DNA from: the human T2T-CHM13v2.0 reference genome, Homo sapiens
DNA length: 64,000 nucleotides
Strand: one strand, 5' to 3'
Assembly (NCBI RefSeq): GCF_009914755.1
Contig: NC_060932.1
In this document: positions 13,608 to 26,342 of the stretch, piece after piece
How positions within the stretch are numbered: position 1 is the stretch's first letter
How the letters are laid out: every line of letters starts with the position of its first letter
Position numbers and translations under genes: made by a program
Notes under the pieces: generated by a model
The model's database searches: none
Told to the model about the DNA's origin: nothing
The model's input: the letters and a program-made list of their open reading frames with translations, nothing else

Positions 13608-15385
13608 GTCTGTGAGATTCTTGTTTCAGAAGGATTCTAGAGATGAATGAATTAAAATTCATTGGCTAGAACAGAAATTTAGATATCCTTTTAATTGAGT
13701 AACATATAGCATACCCAGATAGAAATAAAGCAATTGAACTGGTTAAATAAGCTAATTTAACCTAAGCCTCATCAGCCTATTCAGTCAGAAAAGCAGTAGA
13801 AACAGAAAAGTGAGACTTGCAATGTGTTTACTTCACCTGCTTCTCCACACCCACATTCACTGTAAAGTGCCGAGCATATCTGTAGACTCCAGAAAGTGTC
13901 CCACCTGTGCTTACAAACAAGGTGGGTGTTCAGGGTTCTGCCGCTGCTGCACTTTTGTGGGGCCAGTCTCCTGCTGCATCCGATAAGGATCTGCAGGTGA
14001 GCTGAGAAGCCCTCCTCCATTCACCCAGTGTCGCTGTCTCCCCCGAGATTCCTGGTTGGCTCTTCCAAGGACTCTCCCACCAAACCATGGTGGTCACTTG
14101 CAGAGGCAATGAGTGTTGGCTGGGCTTTTAGGAAACTCCAGGCTTACAGAGGCTGAGCATGAAAGTGATCACCCGTCTGCCAACAGCCAGCTGAGTACCT
14201 CTAAAGGCAGATATTTCCATTTTTATATCTGTAAAATGGAGTAATAGTTGCTTCTCCCTCAAGATTTTTGTGAGCTTTGAATTAGATTGTTTCTGACATT
14301 GAGTATAAGTAACGCTTTATTTAGTACACTTGGTGAGGTAGAAAAGGGACTAGGCAGCTTGCTTAGAGAGGGGATTTATTTCTAACAATATAAATTTTAT
14401 CCAATTTAGGCCAGCTTATCTGATGCTCTCAGATAGCATCTGATGTGGTCATGGATAGACATATTTACTCAAAAACCTCAGGTCATATTTTAGAGTATGC
14501 AAAAGTATGTCTTAGAATATATTCAAAACCATGGCTATTTTGGTATGACAGAATTCATGAATTAATATGATAACTGATATAGGATTGGTGGAAAGAAGTA
14601 AATAGGAGACTATTTTGATATGCAGATAAGAGCAGTTATACTTTACTCATGGGAATAATTAATCATTATAGTGCTTTGCATATACTCCAAAACACATAAA
14701 ATTATGAAAACTGCATTTCTTTAGACAATTGCATAAAACTGCATATATCACAGTCCGTTAATTCCAGTTATCATCCATATATCACTATATATCATATATA
14801 TGCACATATATCCATATATCACTAAATATTATTCAATTCCATTTTTGACTGTGGTAAAAGTTGCTGAATTTCTCAAGGAACTCAAACATTTTTAGAAGAG
14901 TATATGAATTTATTATTACAAAGGATACTCACCATGACAGCTATTTAAATATCATTCATTTGAATTACCTTATTTATTTATTCTTAATCTAACAAGTATT
15001 CATTGAGTGCCAGGACCAACTAATTCACTTGAAAATACATCACTGGATACCACTGTCTGGTACTCACATGCTAGATGCTAAGTATACAAAGATGAGTAAG
15101 GCTCCATTTCCACTCACATACAATCTTATAGAGGAAATAGACACAGGTATGGCAAAAGACAAGTCAAATAAGTAATATTCTCTACTGACAAAAAGGATAC
15201 AGAAGAACACAGAGGAAATGGTCAAACCCATGGTGTTGTGTGGTTGGAAGAATGTAGTCATTAGAGACAGATCTCAATTTGAACCATGGATTAGATCCTT
15301 ACCAATTTAGAGTGTTTTTCACATTCCAGAATTCACTTACCTTTCTTCAGGTAACTGTATCTTCAAGCTCCTTTTACCCTCACTC

Positions 15386-15655
15386 TTTTTTTTTTTCTTT
15401 AAGTTCTGTGATACGTGTGTAGGATGTGCAGGTTTGTTACATAGGTATACATGTGCTGTGGTGGTTTGTTGCACCTATCAATGTCATCTAGGTTTTAAGC
15501 CCTGCATGCATTAGGTATTTGTCCTAATGCCCTCCCTCCCCTTGCCCCCCACACCCTGACAGGCCCCAGTATGTGATGTTCCCCTCCCTGTGTCCACGTG
15601 TTCTCACTGTTCAACCCCCACTTATGAGTGAGAACATGCGGTGGTTGGTTTTCTC
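15386..15655 (-). mobile_element. L1PA7/8-like 3' end, 5'-truncated
   Basis: Poly(T) then antisense 3'UTR (ctaggttttaagccctgcatgcattaggtatttgtcctaatgc). Confidence 0.9.
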
Positions 15656-16831
15656 TTGGTTCATGTCTTTGAGTTGGGATGACTGCCTACTTCTACACTC
15701 AGGTGTAAATCAGCAACATGAAAGCAAAATTCAGGACCGGATAGTCTTTCAATCTTCCTAGTCAAATGCCCTACAAAACCCCTCCTCTTAGAATGAACAA
15801 TTCATAACATTTTCCCATATTTGCTAAATTTTGGCTGAAATATTTTTAAATAGATTAAATACTCTTTTGCATTTTATCCCTAAATATCTTAGTATGTATC
15901 TCTAGAAAACAAGCTTGCTCCATTTTCACTACATGCAATTAAAGCATTATCATACCTAAAAATTAGCAACAATTGCTTAATGGCATCTAGTATATGAAAT
16001 TTTCCTTAATTGGTCAAAATTGGTTTAAAGAATTCAATTAAAGACTACAAATTGCATTTAAATACTATATCTCTTAGATCTCTTTATATCTAGAATAATT
16101 CACCCTCTCCTAACTTGTTTTCCTATGACATGTATTTGTGGAGGCTGGGTTAGTTATCCTGTAGAATATCTCATCTTTTGAAGTTATCTGAATAGATTTA
16201 TCATTATTTCATTTTCCTTTAACTCTTACCTCTATTATCTGAATGTCATATAAACAGAAAATAAAAAGTTATCAGACACAGGCTAAACAAATTTGTCTAG
16301 AATAATTCACAGGTGACAATGTTTAATGACGACTCATAATCTGTTTTTTTCTAATGTTAGTAATAAGATTACTCATACTAACTTTTCCTCTGCTGATTTT
16401 AGCACCCGTTGACCTTCCTTGCTTCAGTCAATCATTTTGTTAGGGTTGCAAACTCTCAATTACTTAATGATATTTCTTCTATAATTGTTAGTTGATATTC
16501 TTCTGTAAATAAGTCTTCCTTTATCAACTCTGGCCTTTTTGATTACACAATATAGTTCTCATTGAACTGTTAGGAGATGTGGTTAATATTTACCTTTAAT
16601 TATCAATTTTCAGTAGAAGTTATTTGTGTAATAGTCACTTCCAGGGGTGGTCAATGAGATTTTTCTTATGCTGTTTTATTTCTTTGGATCTTAATATATT
16701 TACTTGAAATATTACTTTAAATATTGTGTATAGGTAAATAAACAGAGTAAATTGTTGCAGTTACTCACCAATATTTCTGCTAAAACCTCTTCTTCTGAGA
16801 CTATGAGAGGATTGCATTTCCCCACTTCTTT

Positions 16832-17135
<304 letters not shown>

Positions 17136-18822
17136 TTTCCCCACTTCTTTGATATAAGAGATGATCTAATCATATGAGACGTTTAGGTCAATAAAATACA
17201 GTTAAGAAGTGTTGTCAAATCAATTCTTCCTGCTTTCTTTTTCCATAGCCATAAAAAATATTATTGTTCTAGCTGGTGAAGCTTCAGCTTCTGGTCCCTA
17301 GATGGGGACTTCGAGGAGTAGACCCCATGTGACCTTTGAGTGCTATGTAGTAAGAGTGAGACATCTTTTCTTGTTGTCGTTGCTTTAAGACATTAATATA
17401 TTTCAGTTTCATTACAACATAGCCTTCCACATCCTGACATATACAGTGAGATATTGTATAATATCTTACAGAAGAGTTTTAAAATTACAACTTTGGAATT
17501 TGCCCATCACTAAAATATCTGCATGCAATATGGGAGTGTTTTCAAATATTAAGATATTCCGTGCTAAGTAGAGACAACTCAGATAACTCTATGATTTTTA
17601 CTTTTCTTTCAAATGTTCTCACATTAGGTACATGCTTGTGGTTAGAATGTGCCAGCTCACTTGGTGGCAGAAGATTTGAGGATCCTTTAGATGCATTTTA
17701 CTTAAATAGATCATTGTAGTTTATCACCAGATTGAAGGAAATGGCAGAGAGCTGGAAATAAGAGTCATAACAATTGTTTAACTGAGAAATGATTACCCAT
17801 ATGTGGCTACAGGGCTTGTGAGAAATTGAAAAGGCTAAATTGCTACCAGTGCCTCCATTCAGCTCCTAATCCTTTCTCAGCATGTTCATGTTTTTCAGCT
17901 TCCTGACTTTTTCTCAGACTCAATCTCTATATCACACCCAGTGCTATCACACCATATGCTGCTTTCTGCCCTTTTACACTTTCCAAGAACACTTGAAAAG
18001 CTAAAAATCTACAATCTAGTCTGGAAAGTAAGAAATGCTCAAAAATAACTGTACCACAAAGGAGAGAGTGATAAATGCCATTGAAGACAAACAGATAAAG
18101 TGCTAAAAAAGTAGGCACAAAGATTGTTTCCAGCTGTGTGTGATATGAGAAGTGCTTTTTTAATACAAACCTTGAAAAGTAGATAAACTATGGATATGGG
18201 GCTCTGAGGGGGGAAAGAGGCATTCTGATCAGACTGTGGAAAAAACCCTGGTTAGTGGAGAATCTTAGTGAAGGCTCATCAAGGAGTTATGTTAGGGAAC
18301 ACAGCTTCTTTCACATCTCTGTACTGAAATATGTGCCCTCTTTCCCACATGAGGGAATAGACCCAGCTGTTCTTGATCCCTAGAATTCTATAACTTAGCC
18401 ACTACTTATGAATATTTTTTATGAACCCTTAAGGTCACTAAGTCAGTGTCGCTTCGTTCATTGAAATCTTTAATTCCTCTCAAACCAGCTTAGATTCTCT
18501 GGTTTTAATTGTCTATTGCACATGGGCCTTTTCTTTGGTTGCACTTAGTGTTTCAGAAAGTTGTTACTTTGCTTTATATTCTATTCCCTCATCAAATTTT
18601 GAAGTCCATTAAACAAGGAATCATTAGTTCCTCATCACTGTGTACCTAGTGACCAGCTCGGTTTCTGGATCATAGCACATGCCTCAGACATACTTGTTGA
18701 TTAAATCAAAGCTAGAATTCTTAACCAGTTAGGCCTATAATTTTTACATGAGTTAGGGTCCAAGATAAGTTAACAAAAATATACTTCAAGTCCCTAAATA
18801 AGAGAAGGTTATTGAAGATATC

Positions 18823-19326
18823 TGTACTAGTTTTGATGCCTGCTATAACAAATTATTTCACATTTAGAGGCTTAAAACAAAATGCATGTATTTTCTTACA
18901 ATTATGTAAATCATAAATCTGGGCTTCACTGGCCTAAAATTATGGTATAAGGAAACCTGCATCCCTTTCTGGAGGCTGTAGAGGAGAATTCATTTTCTGG
19001 TTTATCCTGGCTCCTAGAGGCTGGTTGCTTTTCTGGGCTCATGGTTTCTTCCTCCATCTTCAATGCTGGAAACATTGGGCAGAGGCTTTCTCAAGCTACC
19101 ATCTTTCTAACTTTCTTCTGCTTTCTTTTTCTACTCTTGAAGACTCTTTAATTACCTTGGATTCACCTGTGTAATCCAGATTACTCTCTTCAATTTAAGG
19201 TCAACTGATGAACAATGTTAATTTCATCTGCAACTTTTATTCCCCTTTGCAACGTAAACTAACGTATTCACAGGTTTCAGGGATTAGGATGTAGATATCT
19301 TCAGAGGGTTATTATTTCACCTACCA
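18823..19326 (-). mobile_element. MaLR solo LTR (MLT1C/D-like)
   Basis: tgtactagtttt..gctataacaaatt..ggcttaaaacaa; ttctggaggctgtagaggagaattc; gtattcacaggtttcagggattaggatgtagatatct. Confidence 0.82.
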
Positions 19327-20805
19327 TTTTATCTTACCTAAATATTGGAGAAAACTCACAAATCAGAGCAATTTAGTCTGATGAAATTACTGATGAGATT
19401 CTCCTTGTGACAACAACTAAATAATAATCCGAATTACTCCTTAGCATCAGAGCAAATAAAACCATGTGACCAGAATAGAAAAAGGGAGGACATCAGAAAA
19501 GGCACCATGGATTAAAAACCATATAAATGTGCACTATTAACAAGAAAAGTAGGGACCAAGTGGGATTTTTTTTTACCACTGTCTGTCCCTACAGGGTATC
19601 ATCTCTGATTTAACCCTGCCTGCAGTTTTGGTTTTACCACATATCCCTTTTTCTTTCTTTTATTAAAACTAGCAATTAACTTAAAGTATAATAAAAAATA
19701 AATAAATAAATAAATAAAAATAAATAAAATGCTCCAGTTCTTTGCCTACTTAAAAAATACATTAAATATTACTGAAAATCCAAAAAAAAAACAAACATTT
19801 TTTTCTCTTTTTGCTTGGCTACAATACAATCTAAACACATATATTTTAAATGCAATAAAATTTTCCTTCTAATTGTTTCCAGCTTTCCTTTTCTTCTCTT
19901 CTCTTACTAGACTACAGGCATGTTCAGAGAGTGAATTTTTTAAATTGTCATAAACCCTGAATTTAGCTCCGTGATTGTCACATGTCAATCAGCTGTTCAG
20001 TAAATTTCTGCTGACTGAATACAGTGAACGAACGTGGACAGGGAGCAAATTAACCAACCAGTTGAATCACATTATTTAGAGATAAATTGGAAAGAAAGTA
20101 TTCTGTGATCCAAATGTACTTGAAAAGCACTTAGAATAAGATCAAATCAGCCACTAAGCTGTCACTATCAATTCTAATTTTAGCAGAATTATAGGGACAT
20201 AGACTACATAAAAAGGATTATTAGCATATTTATATTACTGTTGCATAGTTCAGTTCACAAATATATATGTGCATTCTAAAAAGTTGTTAAATTTGCTGCC
20301 ATGATCATTTTATGTTGCTTTTAAGTAATATTTTATATGTAAAACAACAAGATTCAGGAGTTGTCTCTATATTTATTTAGGGAGCTAGGGATTGATGGCT
20401 TTACAGTATAATCCAGCAATGGGCTAGGCACCAGGGGAAGCCATAAATAAATGGTCCAGCACTGGGCTAGGCACTGGGTGAAAACATAAATAAATTGTAA
20501 GTCCCATCTTAAAAAGAAAATGAGATAGTTGAAGAGGTAGAAACAAAATAGTTTCAAATACAGCCTGTAACAATACTTACTAGTTATGAAACTTACATAA
20601 GAACTGACATAAAGTAACCTCATGCATAATTCACCAGTGTATATAAAGCTCATTATTTCCTGTGGGGGAAATAAAGTACAAAAAGGAATACTAGGTAAAC
20701 AACATGAAATAGTCTTTCTAAGTTAGAAGATCTGAGACACTAAGCTATAATCAGAAGGCAGTTTTGTAATTACTGGAAACAGAAAGGTGAGATCAGTTCT
20801 CTTAT

Positions 20806-21506
20806 TGTAACTATCTTCATAATATAGACAGACCTGCAAAATGTCCATGTAGTCATTTATACAACCATGGATGGAATCTAAGTACTCAGACTAAGGAATG
20901 AGAACTGAATTAAGAAGTGTGGTGGCTCATGCCTGTAATCCCAATGCTCTGGGAAGTTGAGATGGGAAAATTGCTTGAGCCCAGGAGTTCAAGACCAGCC
21001 TGAGCCACATAGTGAGACTCTATCTTTATAAATAAAAAAATAAAAACTTATCCATGTCTGTTGGTGCACACCTGTAGTCTCAGCTACTTGAAAGGCTAGG
21101 GTGGGAAGATTGCTTGAGACCAGGAATTTGAGGCTGCAGTGAGCTGTGATCATGCCTGGGTGACTCCAGCCTGAGTGACAGAATGAGACCCTGTCTAAAA
21201 AAAAAAAAAAAAAAAAACGAATAATCCATGATCCAATCAAATTGAGCCCTGGCATTACCCCATAGCCTGATCCAGTCAAATCACACCTCCTAGCATCGTC
21301 TCATGCAATATCCAATCAGATCACACCTCATCATCCTCTGCCTGCAAAACCTATCCTAGCCCCAGCTTAGAGGGACAGATTTGAGTGTTACCTTCTTTCT
21401 CCTTGCCAGTTGACTCATAATAAAGCCTTTCTTTTCTCAAAAGCCAGTGCTGTAGTGTTGGCTTCTATGCGCATCAGTCAGTGAGCCCACTGCTTGCTGA
21501 GTAACA
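20806..21506 (+). mobile_element. Probable ERV1-class solo LTR (family uncertain), interrupted by an AluJ
   Basis: TG...CA ends (tgtaact..gtaaca), repeated tccaatca(g/a)at units, AATAAA followed by gcctttcttttctcaaaagccagtg. Confidence 0.55.
20912..21217 (+). mobile_element. AluJ
   Basis: J-type positions (ttgcttgagcccaggagttcaag; gaggctgcagtgagctgtgatc), poly(A). Confidence 0.92.
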
Positions 21507-21744
21507 GTACTTGCAGTGCTCTGCGACCCTTCCTCAATAAGATCTTTTGCCATCTATTCCCACGGAAAAGGCAATGTTTCAGCTATAGCTAAGGCCATGC
21601 CTAAAATAAGACTGTGTAGTAAATAAAATATTTTTCCAGCTCTTAACCTATCTTACCCCTAAAAAACACTCACATGTAAAGACTACATCATATTTTCATG
21701 TATTTTTTGTGGGAGTACAAAGTAATGCTACTATTTTTTAAAGT

Positions 21745-22565
21745 ATTCTAGCAGTTTCTTATGTAACTAAACATGCACATACACTAAAAACCTCAATTCT
21801 ACTCTTAGATATTTATCTAAGAGAAATAACAGCATATATTCACAAGAAGAGTCATAAAAGAATGTTCATAGTTTTATTCACAATAGCTAGAACCTGGTAA
21901 TAAGCCAGATGTTTATTAGTAGGATACATAAACTATAGCATACTTATAGAAAGGGATACTATTCAACAATAAGAAGGAGCAAACTACAGATGTGTGCAAG
22001 ATGGATGAATATCAAAATCTTCCTGATAGTGAAGGAAGCCTTACCAAAAAAATGATAAATACTATATCATTCCATTTATAGGCAGTTTTAGAGCAGATAA
22101 ACTATTCTGTGGCTAAAAAAATAATAATGCTAGTTGCCATTGGGACAGAAACTTACTAGGATGGACCATGAGGAAAATTTATTTGATTATAATAATGCTG
22201 TATGCCTTGATAAGGATTTATTTACACAAATTCATGCTTTCATCAATATTTAGTGAGTGCATACTTAATATTTAAACATCTCATTTAAGTTTACAATGAA
22301 AGATGTAAATACTGAATTCCAATTAATGGTACACATGTTGAAGTATTTAGAAAGATATGTATCCTGATGCCTACAATTTATTTTGAAAAGCATCAAAAAA
22401 TGTGATTGATGGATGGATATAGAATTAAGTAGTTGGATAGAGAGGAGATAAAACTGATATAGTATAATGTTAATGATAGATTCAGAGGCAGATAGATGAG
22501 TATTCATTGTATAATTGTTGCAACTTTTCTGTATGTTAGAAATTTTTCATAATTAAATGTTAGTG
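21745..22565 (+). mobile_element. Old L1M (L1MC/ME-like) 3' end
   Basis: caattctactcttagatatttatctaagagaaat; gttgcaacttttctgtatgttagaaatttttcataat. Confidence 0.7.
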
Positions 22566-23960
22566 AGGAAATCTAACAGTTGAGGAAAATACGGAAGATA
22601 TTAATAAATAAAGGTGGAGCCCACTGAATGAGATGTGCACTCAATTTGTCCCCAAAGAAAACCTTGGAGCAAATTCCAGAGTGGAGTCAGAAACACAATA
22701 AACTCCTAGATGAATTTTGGGATCTTAAAGAGAATGTACCTTTTACATCAGGACTGCCTAAGGCACAGAGAAGTGGCCAGTTCCATGGGTACAGAAAAGC
22801 TACTATAAGATAGAAGGCTACATAGGTCTGAGAGGCTCCCAGAGGTTCTCAAAGTTTAAATTGTTTCAGACATTGATCCTGAGAAAAGCAGAGGCATGGT
22901 AAAATAAATGTTACAGCTTCACTAAGTTTTCCATGGCGTCCATTCTTGCTGCTGTGTGTGAGGAATAATGTAGCAACATTCTTTGCATATGAAGAATCAA
23001 AGGCATTTCTGGTTGTCCTGTTCCTGTAATGAACACCAGTGTGGGAGGAAGACAGCCGGGCAGCAGGTGAACTACCCCAATTCCTTGTCCTGCCAGTATT
23101 TGAGTCCTGCAGAACAGGGCTCCAGGAGCAATGGTGGGAGGCCCCAAAGTGTTAAAAATTACACAGAATTGACTGAGATTTAGTTTCTACTATATAGTGG
23201 AAATGTGGTTCCAAATAGTAATTAAGTTGAGTTATTTAAAACTAATGAAAGTTATATTTCTTGCACACTTACTTATGTGGCTTGAGATTTGAAACTACTA
23301 AACAAAGACTTAGAAATCAATCAAGTTCTGCAAATAATTGGGAGTATATTGAAAAGAGTATACATGGATATAAAGACAAGGGAATCTCACAGGATCCCAG
23401 GACCTGCAATATGCCAAGGCCTTTCAGAGACCAAAATGTAATTTAGAAGCTGAAGGATACACAAAACTCTGGGGATCAGGTTATCTCTCTGTGCCCTCAA
23501 TAGCAAGAATTTATTACTCTTCTTTGTGGCAACTCAGCCACTCTCTCTTCCTATTTCTATTGTGTTGACATCTAACAACCACTGCACACTCTACTCTCCC
23601 TCCATTCTTGACCTTTCATCATCTGTATTTTTATCATTTTTACTTATAGCTTCAATTAATAGTCATAAGCTCCTGCTTTTCATACATTCATCTTTGTATT
23701 TTCAGCTTCTTCTCCCATTTCAAATACACTGATTCAACTTCTATCTTTTCCATTTCAAATTCCTGATAGAATCTGCCTGGCCCAGTTAGTCATCTTCATG
23801 TCCATTTGGACCAGCTTCATGGTGCCAATCGCCCCATAGATCATGGATTTCCTAGATATCTCATAATTCAGATGCAGCACCCATGTGAGAGATTTTTTTT
23901 TGGTAGTGTTTTTGATTTGTGCCTCTTCCATAGAATTTATTGTAATAATTAAAATGTGTT

Positions 23961-24256
23961 GGCCAGGTGTAGTGGCTCACGTCTGTAATCTCAGCAATTT
24001 GAGAGGCCGAGGCAGGCAGATTGCTTGAGCCCAGGAGTTTGAGACCACCCTGAGCAACACGGTAAGACCCCCATCTATGAAAAACAGAAAAATTAGCAGG
24101 TGTGGTGGTGCACACCTGTAGTCCCACTGACTTGGGAGGCTGAGGTCAGGAGATCATCTGCACCCAGGGAGTTCGAGGGTACAGTGAATTGTGATGGCAG
24201 CAGTGCACTCCAGCCTGAGTGACAGGGTGAGACTCTGACTCAAAAAAAAAGAGAAA
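23961..24256 (+). mobile_element. AluJ
   Basis: Diverged dimeric Alu; flanking repeat aatgtgtt. Confidence 0.92.
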
Positions 24257-26313
24257 GTTTTAATGTGTTACTTATTTGCTTGTATGCTTTTAGCATATTT
24301 CTTCAGACATAATAAACATGAGGTATTGTGCTAATATGGTGTGTACCTTATAGAACATACTAACCCAATAGAATTTAAAATGTTAAAGAAATTAAATACA
24401 AAAATGACCTTTATTTCTTTCCCCTAATTTCAAAATAATTTTTTCTAGGGTAGATTCAACCCCCTTTGGATACCACAATAGTACAATAAAAGCCAATTGG
24501 GCTGACTGATTCTCATAATAGTAGTATTGATAGTAAAAATAAGGATAGTAATGATAGTAGCACTTGTAGTAAAAGAAATAATGGTAATAGTAACAGTATA
24601 ATGGTTATAGTAGTAAGAGTAGCCACAGAAAACATTGATTGTGTGCTTGTCAGTTAAGCACTACTAAGTGTTTTACATATGTTAAGTGTTTTAGATACAT
24701 TATCTATTTTCATCTTCATAATTCTTTGCTGATATACATAAAACTATATTTATATTTTACAGGTAGGGAAGCTAAGATTACTGGAACTATATGAGTTGAT
24801 CATTTAAAGTCAAATAGCTAGGAAAAGGCTTCTCAGGTTTCAAATCTGTTATAGTTTATTTTCAGCCAGATACCTTATGCTTTAAACATCACCTATTCTG
24901 TGTTGCACATCGATGCCTTGGAGCTTATGTCATATACTGACCAGTAAAGTTCAAAACCAAAAAAAAAAAAAACAAACAAACAAAAAAACTAAACCTCACT
25001 TGACGGTAGGGAAGAGTTTTTGTAGTAGTCAACAGGGCTTGAATATTAGTTATTGTTTCAAAGATTGAACTGGCTTAATTGTAAATAACAAATTTGGAAA
25101 ATCTGCAATTGGACTAGACAAGGCAAAGCAAGGGCTAATATTTCTAGTCAATTGTTTCTTTAAACAGTTTTTATTCCCCTTTCAAAATAAGAATATTGTC
25201 CTAATTTGTTTGATCATTATTTCATAGATGCAAAATAAGTTTTACTCTACTAATAAAGCAATAATAATTAAAATTTATCTAAGTTGTAGCTATCTCAAAC
25301 AATACTGCTATTAAGTTTCCTTGAATTATGCAGATAAAGATATGTCTTCCCAGAGGTATTCATTTGCCTATTCTTGGAAAAATACCCTCTTCAAAATTCA
25401 ATTGTGTAGTGTCAAATGCTTATCTAAAAATCTTCTTAGTTTGAGGAAATTTCACTTCTTCTGAAATGCCTTTCCTGACCACTGTTCATCTGTTACTTGG
25501 TTACTTGTCCCTTAATACACTCTCTCCCAGCACCTAGTGCTTCTTCAAGTGTAGGGTCCATTAAACGAAAGTTACTTTTCTCATTGCTCTAATTCCTAAG
25601 GACAGAAACTTGGTTCATATTTCTCCCATGACCTAGCGTTGCGCCTTGTTCAAGTAGGCATTATCTAGATTCAGTATTGTCAAGTGAATGAAGTGACATC
25701 ATGTCAAATAAATTAGAAAAGAGCAAAAAATAATTATATGAGCATAATTATAAATTTTCTTAAACCTGAAATTATAAACATCTGAGCTAAAATGTTGATA
25801 ATAAGAGAGGGGGAAATGACATCAAACGGTCATTCCATGTATTAATTAACTTGACTTAGTGATCAAACAAGTTTAACAAACCAGGAAAGGATAGAATATA
25901 ACACAATTTTGTTTTTAGATTCTAGCTGGGGCAACCAGAATGTCAATAAGAGAAAGAGAAAAGTTAAAAATCTCCCCTTAAAAAAAAGAATGAGTTCATT
26001 TTCACACATGTTCTTATAGAGCCAATGGATAGCTTAGTGAGTTAAAAGACTACAAGTACAGGTCTCGAAATCCTTGGAACTACAGAATTGTGTGCAGTGC
26101 TCAAGAGTTCTCTTACTAGAAGAAGGATTTAAATTTTAATTACCTGTATTTTGGTGTTCAATGATATTAAAAATTTTCTGATGGTTTGAAGTAGTCTTAA
26201 CTCTCAGTTAAGCTGTCCTGGCATGGTAAGAGTTCCTTGAGAAACATGACTGAACATGGGAATGCAAAGTAAAGAGCTGGAACATTGGGAACCTAAGTAT
26301 GGGTCACCATTGA

Positions 26314-26342
26314 TTAGGGTTAGGGTCAGGGTTAGAATTAGG
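26314..26342 (+). repeat. Short telomere-like repeat TTAGGG TTAGGG TCAGGG TTAGAA TTAGG
   Basis: Five in-register hexamers read directly. Confidence 0.7.

Noticed and set aside
17657-17670. CTCF-like motif tcacttggtggcag
   Set aside because: Two mismatches at informative core positions; expected by chance in 64 kb
20412-20478. Repeated tccagca(a/c)tgggctaggcac
   Set aside because: Short duplication inside degenerate L2 3'-end sequence; too small and diverged to interpret
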